Below are positions 25,186 through 34,056 of a DNA stretch of 64,000 bases, piece by piece. A model generated the notes under the pieces. It searched no databases, was not told the origin of the DNA, and worked only from the letters and a program-made list of their open reading frames with translations. Positions within the stretch are counted from its first letter, which is position 1. Each line of letters starts with the position of its first letter. A program made the translations under genes and the position numbers. Source of the DNA: an uncultured archaeon (GTDB lineage: Archaea > Thermoplasmatota > Thermoplasmata > Thermoplasmatales > Thermoplasmataceae); NCBI GenBank assembly GCA_000965745.1, contig CP009479.1:1792001-1856000 (forward strand), read 5' to 3'.

Positions 25186-26545
25186 TTCTGCCAGGTGAAG
25201 CACCGTCCCAGAGTGGGTCTTTTCCCAATGCCTGATAGAGCAGCTTACCCAGTTTCCCGAGTTTTCCCTTCATTTTCATTATCTCTGCAAGAAGTTCCGA
25301 ATTGGAAGGATCCTTGAAGTCTGCGGCCGAAAAAATCAGCTTGTCCCCGTCACTGCCATTGTAATCCCAAAGGTCTGGCTTCTCATATAGTGCAAGCAGG
25401 GAGGTGTATATTACAAGGAGGGAAAAATTGTCAAGGGAGCTGGAAAAATGCTCATTTCTGCCTGGATGCTGAAAATTGTCATGCCCTTTCTCGGGGGCCT
25501 TCCTTTTGGAGAATGCAGGAACATACATGCCGTCGTAGTCGATGAGCATCAGGTTGCCTGAAGGTCCAACCAGAATATTGTCTCCGGAAAGGTCTCCGTG
25601 CGCAAGTCCGTTAGCCTGAAGATCAGTGACCATGCCTAGAACACTTTCAGCCGCATTCTTCAGTGCCTTCGAGTCATTCAGGCTCTCTGAAATAAATTCG
25701 TTAAGGCTTCTTCCGGTGATCCATTCCATCTTCAATACCGGATAATACTGTTTTGGATTGGTCAACAGGCGCACTGCACTCATAAGGTACTGGAAATCAA
25801 CTAGAAATGGAAGCTTCAGGGCAGCAATGTAATGGCCAATGTAATAATACCTTTCGGCAAGCCCCGTTGCAGCCCTTGTGAAGCATTTTATTGCGTAAGA
25901 CTTTCCATTGGCGTTCAATTTGAATACCGTTCCGAAATTACCTGATCCAAAGATGTATGACGTGTATTTGACGTTTGTATTCTTTTCCAGCTGTCCGTCC
26001 CTCAGTTCCATGTAATCTGGTGAAACGCTGAATTTAAGGTTCTGGAACGCTTGCGCGTAGGAACTTGAATTTGGCCATGATTTTATATCTTCGCCTTTGA
26101 ATTTTTCAGGGACCTTTGGCACCCTGATCTGCCTGGGCTTTCCTGCCTGGCTGCGGTCGGAAGCATGCCCTTTTCCATTGTTTTTCCTGGCAGGGCTGAC
26201 CACGTTAAATGATATGTCGTTAAGAACAGCATAACCCCTCCTTCCGTAAGCAGCGACTGATGCCATGTGCTGCCCTGCCTCCCTCGTGCTGAAGGTGACA
26301 AGGTATCCTCCGTTATTACGATCAGCTTTTATTATGCGGCTTCTGCCTGAGGGCTCGACTATAGCAACATCGATGCGGTTGAATATACCATCCTCTGATA
26401 AGGCGATCCTGACCTTTTGCAGATTGCTTATATTCACTTCCTTCAGGAACTCAATATCCACATTCCTGTTTTCAAGATGTTTCACCTTACCGGCTTTCTT
26501 TACCGGTTTTCTTGAAGTAGTGGGGCTCTTGGCTTTAGCAGGCAT
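25169..26545 (-). CDS. Ser/Thr protein kinase with basic N-terminal region and putative Ig-like domain
   Basis: GSGNFGTVFK, AIKCF, KMEWI, HGDLSGDNILV, LIDYDG, NFQHP; ATG at 26545 preferred. Confidence 0.9.
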   Translation of the reverse strand: MPAKAKSPTTSRKPVKKAGKVKHLENRNVDIEFLKEVNISNLQKVRIALSEDGIFNRIDVAIVEPSGRSRIIKADRNNGGYLVTFSTREAGQHMASVAAYGRRGYAVLNDISFNVVSPARKNNGKGHASDRSQAGKPRQIRVPKVPEKFKGEDIKSWPNSSSYAQAFQNLKFSVSPDYMELRDGQLEKNTNVKYTSYIFGSGNFGTVFKLNANGKSYAIKCFTRAATGLAERYYYIGHYIAALKLPFLVDFQYLMSAVRLLTNPKQYYPVLKMEWITGRSLNEFISESLNDSKALKNAAESVLGMVTDLQANGLAHGDLSGDNILVGPSGNLMLIDYDGMYVPAFSKRKAPEKGHDNFQHPGRNEHFSSSLDNFSLLVIYTSLLALYEKPDLWDYNGSDGDKLIFSAADFKDPSNSELLAEIMKMKGKLGKLGKLLYQALGKDPLWDGASPGRITSLK

Positions 26546-26624
26546 CTGAATGGAGGTAGTATATACATAAAATATAAAACGTTCCTTTGTCCGGCATGAT
26601 TCGCATGTTCGGCCAATTACAAAT

Positions 26625-27170
26625 TCATGGTATTGAATAGCTAAAAGGGAAGTAGGTCGAAACAACAAATACTAGCACAATGAATGATAGCTGAAGGACG
26701 AGGAGATTAACGACATTCTTTTCAAGCACCACAAAATGTGCTATGCTCTGATTCTTGATCTTCTGTTCGAGTGAGGTGTATATCGACGAATACATGCCCA
26801 TTCTCGGCAGTAGCATACCCTCTCCCACGACGACGTACGCCACGATAATGAGGAGTTGGACCGTGAAAACATTCAAGGGGGAGAACCTTTCCAGAATCGC
26901 CAACGGAGATGCAAACGGGAAGAAAAATTCGGCAATGCCCATAATAACTGCCAGAATGCCCCAGCCCCTGATATAAAGCCTGCTTTTCCTGTAGATGCTG
27001 GCATTTGCAGTAACTCTAGTCTCTCCCTGGAACTGCCTGACAGCCGGAACCAAAACTATCAGCAGGAATATGATCGCCCCTGCCCAAGCCGCGAGGGATA
27101 TCGATTTCAGGATTCCAACTGCCAAGCTCAAGATGTGCAGGTCCATTAGCGGAGTCTTAATCGGATACAT
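26625..27170 (-). CDS. 4-TM membrane protein (CopD/DUF4149-like topology)
   Basis: Four hydrophobic helices; W-x-G..F...VLVP motif in TM1. Confidence 0.6.
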   Translation of the reverse strand: MYPIKTPLMDLHILSLAVGILKSISLAAWAGAIIFLLIVLVPAVRQFQGETRVTANASIYRKSRLYIRGWGILAVIMGIAEFFFPFASPLAILERFSPLNVFTVQLLIIVAYVVVGEGMLLPRMGMYSSIYTSLEQKIKNQSIAHFVVLEKNVVNLLVLQLSFIVLVFVVSTYFPFSYSIP

Positions 27171-27274
27171 ATAATAAAGGTTCGTCGCATTGAATCGATG
27201 AGAAGGCAGGCATTACAGTTTTGTGCACATAGTACAGCTACCAGCGCAAGAGCTTAATAGAATAATTATGATTA

Positions 27275-27613
27275 ATGTCCTGTATCAACATGGGTACAAA
27301 GAAGAACGTGGCATTCATCATGGCATTCGCGCTGGCCATAGTCACTGTAGAGGTTGTAAATTTTTTCTTCATCTCATGGAAGGCAATATTGAGTTTCCCA
27401 ATGCTTTTCCTGCTTATCAGGCCCGTTGAGCAGGAGCGAAGGAGAAGGGAGAGACTTCTGCAATGGTGTGTCAATTGTGGCCACAAGATAAAGGCGTACC
27501 AGAACAGGTGGAAGCACTTTGACGGAAAGATAAGGACTCGGTTGTGCATGCACAAAGGGTGTGACTGCATGCTTCCGGAGTATGCGCAGCCCTACACGAC
27601 AATTGCAAGCTGA
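27275..27613 (+). CDS. Small membrane protein with C-terminal Cys/His metal-binding motif
   Basis: Two TMs, then CVNCGH...H...CMHKGCDC. Confidence 0.6.
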   Translation: MSCINMGTKKNVAFIMAFALAIVTVEVVNFFFISWKAILSFPMLFLLIRPVEQERRRRERLLQWCVNCGHKIKAYQNRWKHFDGKIRTRLCMHKGCDCMLPEYAQPYTTIAS

Positions 27614-27642
27614 CCGGAAATTTTTCGGAGGAAAAATAATCT

Positions 27643-28410
27643 CTATTTTACTGCAACCAGTATGCGGTCATTGGAATATTGCCACACGACGTCTATGAAC
27701 CTGAACCCTGCCTGTTTCAAGTAATCGATGTGCCTGTTCAGAGATACCATCTGGTTGTGATTATCCGGATTGGAGTATCTTCTAGCCCTCTCTTCAAGAA
27801 GGCCGTTGAATTTTTCATTATCCCTGATCTTTGACCACCACTGTTCCCAGTTCGGTGCCTTGTTCTCTGCAAATGAACGCTCACTCCATCTCTCATTCGC
27901 TTTGTGCACGAGATCGTGAACCCTGTCCACTCTTTCCTCAAGGATCATGTGGTCTCCATTCATGAATATCCCGCCCTCCTTGAGAACAGAATATATGTTC
28001 CTATACAGGTTCCTTAGGCTGTCAGCACCAAGCCAGTGCAGTGCCGTGGTGCTCATTGCACAATCAAACGGGCCGGGCGTTAACTCACCTGGCCAATCGT
28101 TCTTGCGAAGGTCTCCTTCAATCCAACTGACCCTGTCACCATATGCAGACATGGAGTTTCGGCCAATTGCCAGGAGTACAGGATCAAAGTCAACTGAGTT
28201 TACCCTTGATTCGGGAAACCTGTCCAACAGTCTTCTACTGAGAGATCCTGGGCCGCATGCTACGTCCAGGCCTTTAAAATCACCCCCAAAAGCCTGCTCA
28301 GCAATATCCAGCATTATGCCGAACCTTGTCTCCCTGAACCTGATGTGGGAGTTTTGCTGACTTTCCCAGCTGCTGACAAGCTGATTGAGGGTTTCGGGTT
28401 CAATTTCCAT
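27643..28410 (-). CDS. Class I SAM-dependent methyltransferase
   Basis: LDVACGPG, VDFD, GDL, STTALHW, LKEGGIF; ATG at 28410. Confidence 0.9.
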   Translation of the reverse strand: MEIEPETLNQLVSSWESQQNSHIRFRETRFGIMLDIAEQAFGGDFKGLDVACGPGSLSRRLLDRFPESRVNSVDFDPVLLAIGRNSMSAYGDRVSWIEGDLRKNDWPGELTPGPFDCAMSTTALHWLGADSLRNLYRNIYSVLKEGGIFMNGDHMILEERVDRVHDLVHKANERWSERSFAENKAPNWEQWWSKIRDNEKFNGLLEERARRYSNPDNHNQMVSLNRHIDYLKQAGFRFIDVVWQYSNDRILVAVK

Positions 28411-28612
28411 TGCTTTGCTATACGATAGTTTGTGATGAATCTTGCCGTTGCCCGCTTTATAAATCCATATGAACAATTCCTCTAGAATTCAATTTCATAT
28501 GTCTAATTCGATCCGCTTTATAAAACGACTTGGGATATATATTCAGGACACCACAAGAAAGAGCAAGCTACGATCTACTGATGTCCTGAACACCCACGGG
28601 GTAAGGAAATTG

Positions 28613-29239
28613 ATGTCGAGAGGGAAATATGATGCAAGAAAGTATGCCATCCTAGGTGTAGCCATCTTAATCTCCTCGGCTATAATCCTGCCCTTGGCCA
28701 CAGGAGATGTTGTAGTTAATGGAAACCTTTCCATGACACAGACCTATGTGCCGCCCTCCATCACAGTTAACGAGACGAACCAGAGCTATAAGGGAGCAAC
28801 GTTTGTTTTTAATACTACAGTCCAGAACGGGACAACGATCTCCACCCTCCAGGTGCACCTCAATTTCAAGCTGAATGGCAGCCAGAATTTTACAACCCTG
28901 CTGCTGAATGTTCTGCAAGTTTTCAACACGGGCAACATAACCGGGAACTTCTCAGTCATAATAGAGAAGAGTGCCCAGGCAGGGACCAACAAGACCCTTA
29001 ACAGCACGTATACCGATGCGATGCACGTTTACATGAGCCATGCTTACCAGAACAGCAGCAACATGGGAACGCAATTGTATAACAACACGCTCTATTACTT
29101 CCCGTTCTATCCTTTCGATAACGTCATTCCCATGTATTACATAGGGATGAATTACACCGAGCCACCACTTCCTCCGTCTGGAACTGATATCAATTCAATC
29201 CAGCAGTTCATTACCTTCACCTTCACGGTTGTCAGTTGA
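28613..29239 (+). CDS. Secreted beta-rich protein, distant fourth paralogue of the 10.1-12.0 kb subunits
   Basis: RKYAILGVAILISSAIILPLATG|DVVVNGNLS, LNVLQV, YYIGM..PP, terminal strand ITFTFTVVS; many sequons. Confidence 0.7.
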   Translation: MSRGKYDARKYAILGVAILISSAIILPLATGDVVVNGNLSMTQTYVPPSITVNETNQSYKGATFVFNTTVQNGTTISTLQVHLNFKLNGSQNFTTLLLNVLQVFNTGNITGNFSVIIEKSAQAGTNKTLNSTYTDAMHVYMSHAYQNSSNMGTQLYNNTLYYFPFYPFDNVIPMYYIGMNYTEPPLPPSGTDINSIQQFITFTFTVVS

Positions 29240-29312
29240 TTTACATCCTATCAACCACACATTCTTTTTACCGGAAAAAAATAATGAGCCGGCAAAAGAG
29301 GTTTGAAGAAAA

Positions 29313-30461
29313 TTATCTTCTTATGAGGAACATTCTGAATATTTCAGGATCCATTCCGTGCTCATGGGAGAATCCTTCAATCATCAGTTTTGAGAGCTCT
29401 TTTTCATTTGACAGTATCAGGTTTGGCGGAAGGTAATAGAATGCGCCTTTCCATGAGATAAATCCCTGGATCAGCCTCACAAGCTGAGCTAAATCAGAAT
29501 TGTTCAGCTTACTCACCTGGAAGAGATATCCTTCTTTGAGGCTGTCACCGCTCTGTTCATACATCTTGAGCATCTCAAGCATCTGGTTTTCCATTATTTG
29601 GCCCATTCCCGGTTCCTTGGACCGGTCTGACATTCTCCACATCTTGAAGGCCTCTATGTTATTGATCAGGGTCCACATTTCTGATGTGCCCATCCGTGCT
29701 ACCTCTCTGGTTATTGTAGAGAACCTTTCCTTCCTGGTCAGGTTGTCGATCACCTGCGGAATTTCATCCTTGGAGAAAACCATGTTGGAGTTTTCAGATA
29801 CTTTCTGGATAATTTCGTCCTTTTCTGCACCCTCCAGTATGTAGTCGAGTATTATTGCCCTTGAGTTTTCCTCCGCTTCATCTATTGCTTCCAGCAGCTC
29901 ACCCTCTCCCATCACCTGAAGCTTCGTAAATTCGTCAGAAGAGTCCACGAGCCCTTGACGCTCAAATTCCCTGGAAAGTTTCACGGTGTCGAACATTACG
30001 CCTTGCTCCCGCCTCTCCCGCATTGCAATAGAGATCTGCTCTTCACGGACAATCCGGTTGAGTTCATAATTGAAGTAGTCGTATCGTGAAAGAAGCTGGT
30101 TCATGTTAACTGAGTTGACAGACGGTATAGGAACAGGGCAGTCAAGCGAATATTCACTCCAGTCCCTGATTTCCGAAAGTTTTCTGCTTTCCTTGAGCAT
30201 CTGCAGAATTTTCTCCTTCGATTCTGCCTTAACAGTGTAGAGAAGCTCCTCAATCTGTTCCTCCTCTGCCATATGTTCCATGGATGCCTTCTCCATGTCA
30301 GATTTGATCATATGTGGCGGGTATTCGTACGGAACACAATTCGAAAAATAACTCATAGTCTTGAACCTGTGCAGGATATAATTCCTGGATTTTTCATCCA
30401 TATGCATGTATTCGCCTCCGCTCTGTTTTGAACGCTGTCTCTTTTCCAGTTGAATCACCAA
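29313..30461 (-). CDS. Acidic alpha-helical protein, hypothetical
   Basis: 382-aa E/M/L-rich ORF with no recognised catalytic motif; start may be ATG 30408. Confidence 0.75.
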   Translation of the reverse strand: MVIQLEKRQRSKQSGGEYMHMDEKSRNYILHRFKTMSYFSNCVPYEYPPHMIKSDMEKASMEHMAEEEQIEELLYTVKAESKEKILQMLKESRKLSEIRDWSEYSLDCPVPIPSVNSVNMNQLLSRYDYFNYELNRIVREEQISIAMRERREQGVMFDTVKLSREFERQGLVDSSDEFTKLQVMGEGELLEAIDEAEENSRAIILDYILEGAEKDEIIQKVSENSNMVFSKDEIPQVIDNLTRKERFSTITREVARMGTSEMWTLINNIEAFKMWRMSDRSKEPGMGQIMENQMLEMLKMYEQSGDSLKEGYLFQVSKLNNSDLAQLVRLIQGFISWKGAFYYLPPNLILSNEKELSKLMIEGFSHEHGMDPEIFRMFLIRR

Positions 30462-30595
30462 ACAGATTGTTGTTGTGATATTGTAGCCTAAGGGTGTTGT
30501 ATGCTATACCAGTAAAAAAATGGGCATAAAGTGACGCGAATCAAAAATATGAATAAATTATACTTTTGCTGAAGTGGGAAAAGAATATTGGGAAT

Positions 30596-31339
30596 TCAGA
30601 GATTTATGTAGAATTGAAGTCTTTCCAGCATCTTTCTTCCCCTGTCTGTCATTTCGTATCTTTTGCCTATTGAGCTGTACTCGACTATCTTGAGAAGGTC
30701 CTTTGAAATCATTTCATTCAGCAGATTTTTTGCAGATTTGTAATTGAGGTTGCATTTGTATATAAGCTGCGTAATGCTCGCGCTCTTCATGTAGAGGACA
30801 CTTTCAAGGACATCCTGGATGATCTTGGTTCTGTCCCTGTTCTTTCTCCTGAATATTTTGGGCTTTTCTGAAAAGATTTCGTCATTGGCATTTCTCCTCA
30901 CCGTCTCCGTTACATCATAGAAAGCGTTGTGGAAGCGGTCCGATATCAATCTTCCATTCTGAAACTGCCCGACGTTGATGACTTTGAGGTGTGACATTTC
31001 AGAAAGTATCCTGTCCTTTGGTTCCATGGGAAAGTCTGTCAATACATAACTCAGGTTTGCAGAAACATCGTCCGACTTGACTTTGTGCAGCATGATCTTA
31101 CTGGCCTTGTTTTCATCGGTGGACCTTAGAAAAAGAATCGGGGCAAGCGCCTTGTTCGTTTCTGATTCCATCACGAGGTCAAAGTAGTGGAGAATCTGAG
31201 ATTTTCCCCTTATTGTACCCCTGAAAACTATCCTCCACTCCGTTGGATCTATCCCGAGAATTTCGGACATTCTTGTGGCAGTCTCGGGATCATCATTATT
31301 TAATTCGCTTTTAAAAGCTACAATGGCTGTCATATACAC
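30596..31339 (-). CDS. Fusion of a degenerate restriction-endonuclease-like N-terminal domain and a C-terminal winged-helix regulator
   Basis: IRGKSQILHYFDLV at the N-terminus; RDRTKIIQDVL..ITQLIYKCNLNY..YEMTDRG wHTH at the C-terminus. Confidence 0.7.
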   Translation of the reverse strand: MYMTAIVAFKSELNNDDPETATRMSEILGIDPTEWRIVFRGTIRGKSQILHYFDLVMESETNKALAPILFLRSTDENKASKIMLHKVKSDDVSANLSYVLTDFPMEPKDRILSEMSHLKVINVGQFQNGRLISDRFHNAFYDVTETVRRNANDEIFSEKPKIFRRKNRDRTKIIQDVLESVLYMKSASITQLIYKCNLNYKSAKNLLNEMISKDLLKIVEYSSIGKRYEMTDRGRKMLERLQFYINL

Positions 31340-31433
31340 TCCCCAGTGATTTAAAGCCTTCCAGCGAAGGGTTCATTTATAACACAAATTCCGGGGATAT
31401 AAACGTATTGGTAACGCCGGAAGTAGCATACAA

Positions 31434-31442
31434 TGTCTGACA
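31434..31442. promoter_or_regulatory. Palindrome TGTCTGACA, candidate operator
   Basis: In the divergent intergenic region between the wHTH fusion and dienelactone hydrolase genes. Confidence 0.4.
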
Positions 31443-31527
31443 AGCTGTTTCACAACATACCATTATCCAGCATGTCTGCCCTGTGCATCAGGGGGCAATA
31501 CTTTATATTGCCGTATATTAACAGAAT

Positions 31528-32331
31528 ATGGAACTAAAAGAACATTGGGGATCTTTTTATTCAGAAAACAAATCTGTAGATTCTTTCTTCTGCTCCCCGG
31601 GCATAGTGCCCGACAAGAAGCCTGCAATAATACTCATTCAGGAGATATGGGGAGTTGATGAGCACATACAGGACATGGCCAGGAGATATGCCAGTGCAGG
31701 ATATTTTGTTGCGGCTCCCGATCTCTATTCCAAGGGTGGCAAGGATGCTGCAAGATCACCGGGAAGGATTACAGAACTCAAGGATTTTCTGGACAGGGCC
31801 CCTATGAGTGTCATCATGAACGAGGATGAGAGGAAGAAGTTTGTTGAACGGGAAGGTCCGGACAGGGCAAGGAGGCTCGTAGAAACCATGGAGTCAATAT
31901 TCAAGGGAAGAGACATGGATGGTATGGTCAAAACGCTTAATGACACGGTATCTCTATTGAAAGGAGACATGGGTGCAACATCGGTTGGAACAGTCGGATA
32001 CTGCATGGGTGGTGCGCTCTCATTCATGATGTCAACGAACAGGGAGGTTGATGCATCAGTGGTTTATTATGGAGTGGCACCCGAGGACGAGAAATTGAAA
32101 GATGTTTCTTCACCGGTTCTGGGACTTTATGGCGGGGAGGACCACCGGATATCTGATGCGGTTCCTGATGTTGCCTCAAAGCTTAAGGATCTTGGAAAAT
32201 CATATCAATACAGGATCTATGATGGAGCTCAGCACGCCTTTTTCAACGACACAAGATCTTCTTATGGATACGGGGCATCGAAGGATGCCTGGGCTAGAAC
32301 ACTTGAGTTCTTCAGGGCAAACCTGAAATAA
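31528..32331 (+). CDS. Dienelactone hydrolase family protein
   Basis: QEIWGV, APDLY, GYCMGG, AQHAFFND. Confidence 0.92.
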   Translation: MELKEHWGSFYSENKSVDSFFCSPGIVPDKKPAIILIQEIWGVDEHIQDMARRYASAGYFVAAPDLYSKGGKDAARSPGRITELKDFLDRAPMSVIMNEDERKKFVEREGPDRARRLVETMESIFKGRDMDGMVKTLNDTVSLLKGDMGATSVGTVGYCMGGALSFMMSTNREVDASVVYYGVAPEDEKLKDVSSPVLGLYGGEDHRISDAVPDVASKLKDLGKSYQYRIYDGAQHAFFNDTRSSYGYGASKDAWARTLEFFRANLK

Positions 32332-32336
32332 ATTCC

Positions 32337-32891
32337 TTAATTTTTCCTTCCAGGCCCTGTGCTGTATCCGAGAAGGAGGGCGTCTGACAGTATGAATGCC
32401 GGAACCATTATGAAATACTGCAGCACATTCCAGTAAATTCCATAATCTGAGATCGAGGTGATGCCGCTGTAGTAGTTGTTGAAATTCAGAAAGGCCACCA
32501 GGTCTGCCAGCAGGTAAACCACCACTGGAATAGCGAAATACCTCCTGCTGTAAATGTCCAGGTCCCTTATGCCAGACAGCTTCTTGAATCCGTATATCCC
32601 GACCAGGTTTGCAGAGAATCCCAAAAGGTCATCAAAAACACCTGCAACGTACCATTCAAACCCTGTTGTGGTATAATTATGGAAGAGAAATGGCAGGACA
32701 ACGATCCGGTGATATGAGAAATCCTTTACCCAGCCACCCTGTGCATTGAGCCATGCCCCGAGTATTCCCAGCATAATGAAAAGAAAAAGGAACCGCCTTC
32801 TCCTGGAGAGGATAAAGTCCTCCAACGCAGACTTCCTCTTCACAGCACTCTCGTCAATCATAACGCTCCCGAAAATTCCAATCCGGGTCAA
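32337..32891 (-). CDS. Membrane protein, hypothetical
   Basis: About four TM segments; start may be ATG at 32861. Confidence 0.65.
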   Translation of the reverse strand: MTRIGIFGSVMIDESAVKRKSALEDFILSRRRRFLFLFIMLGILGAWLNAQGGWVKDFSYHRIVVLPFLFHNYTTTGFEWYVAGVFDDLLGFSANLVGIYGFKKLSGIRDLDIYSRRYFAIPVVVYLLADLVAFLNFNNYYSGITSISDYGIYWNVLQYFIMVPAFILSDALLLGYSTGPGRKN

Positions 32892-32940
32892 GAACTTTTC
32901 GATTTTCGAATAATTCAGTCCCCTGCCTGCGCTCTCATGG

Positions 32941-33474
32941 TCATGATTCCCTGTTTATGCTCCAGATTTTTTCCTCTATCCCTTTTCTCTTGTTTGCTGC
33001 CAATGCATGCATGAAGAGCAGGGATGAGAGCCTATTGGCATAACTTAGTACATGGGGGCTAATTTTCTTTGATTGCGAGGCAACAACTATTGAACGCTCC
33101 AGCCGGCGTGCAACAGTTCTTGCAACGTGAAGGACTGCAGATTCCATAGATCCGCCGGGAACGACGAATAATTGAATCTTTCCAATTTCTTCCCTGTACC
33201 TGTAAACTCTTTCTTCAAGCCACTTGGTTCTTTCCTCCTGGATCGTCCTCTTCTTTCCGTCCGCCAGGATGTCTTCCCCAAGCGTGAAAATATCCTCCTG
33301 AATTGCAGCAAGGTCCTGCCTGATATCGTCCCACTCTACCATTGATCGGGCAAAACCAATGAAAGAGTTCAGCTCGTCACTGGTCCCTTCAACTTCGACA
33401 AGAGGGTTTCCTTTGGATGTCCTGTTCCCTGTGGAGGTGTCAGTTTCACCGGAATCGCCTTTTCGCGTGAACAT
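32941..33474 (-). CDS. pduO: ATP:cob(I)alamin adenosyltransferase, PduO type
   Basis: MFTRKGDSGET, GTSDELNSFIG, LHVARTVARRLER, NRLSSLLF. Confidence 0.93.
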   Translation of the reverse strand: MFTRKGDSGETDTSTGNRTSKGNPLVEVEGTSDELNSFIGFARSMVEWDDIRQDLAAIQEDIFTLGEDILADGKKRTIQEERTKWLEERVYRYREEIGKIQLFVVPGGSMESAVLHVARTVARRLERSIVVASQSKKISPHVLSYANRLSSLLFMHALAANKRKGIEEKIWSINRES

Positions 33475-33526
33475 GTCTCTTTGTAATAACTTTGTATAAT
33501 TTAAAATCGAGTGTGCTTTTGAGCAA

Positions 33527-33880
33527 TCACTTCGTACGGCTGTTATCTCCGTTATTCCGCAGGACTTTGAAGAGTACGTAGAGCATGAACCCGCCAAACA
33601 TTACAACGTGTCCCCCGACAAAAAGCACCATTGTGACAAGGAAAGAAAAACCATAGGCCAGAAGGGCGAGATACAGGCCCACGTAATAAATCCCGAGGAT
33701 TACAGCAGCGATCCCAAGAATCGTGTAGAACCTTCTTGCCCTCTTCCTTGTTTCAGGGTCACCTTCTTCCTTCCCTGCTTCTATGAATCCGAGCCCGAAA
33801 CATTCAGTGCATATGTCTATGTGGTTCTGCTCATCCCGGACCTTACCGGTGCCACCACACTTATCGCAAGCAAGCTTCAA
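33527..33880 (-). CDS. Small membrane protein with DnaJ-type CxxCxGxG zinc finger
   Basis: CDKCGGTG and CTECFGLG, followed by 2 TMs. Confidence 0.7.
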   Translation of the reverse strand: MKLACDKCGGTGKVRDEQNHIDICTECFGLGFIEAGKEEGDPETRKRARRFYTILGIAAVILGIYYVGLYLALLAYGFSFLVTMVLFVGGHVVMFGGFMLYVLFKVLRNNGDNSRTK

Positions 33881-34056
33881 TTTTGTCCCCTTCCGCTATA
33901 CTGCCGTAGTCCATACACTTCCAGGAATAACCCTGGCATTGCCACGACCATGGCGCATTGGAATCATAATATCATAATCGGTTCTGGACTTTGAATTTAA
34001 TGTAACAGTTGATGCAAATTGGCCCGCAACCAGAAGGTAGGTGCATGTTCAGCCCC

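Noticed and set aside
26546-26668. Extended kinase N-terminus from the ORF track
   Set aside because: Overlaps the upstream gene end and a TATA-like box; ATG 26545 is more plausible.
28469-28612. 48-aa extension ahead of the secreted protein
   Set aside because: Would displace the signal peptide and covers the divergent promoter; ATG 28613 preferred.
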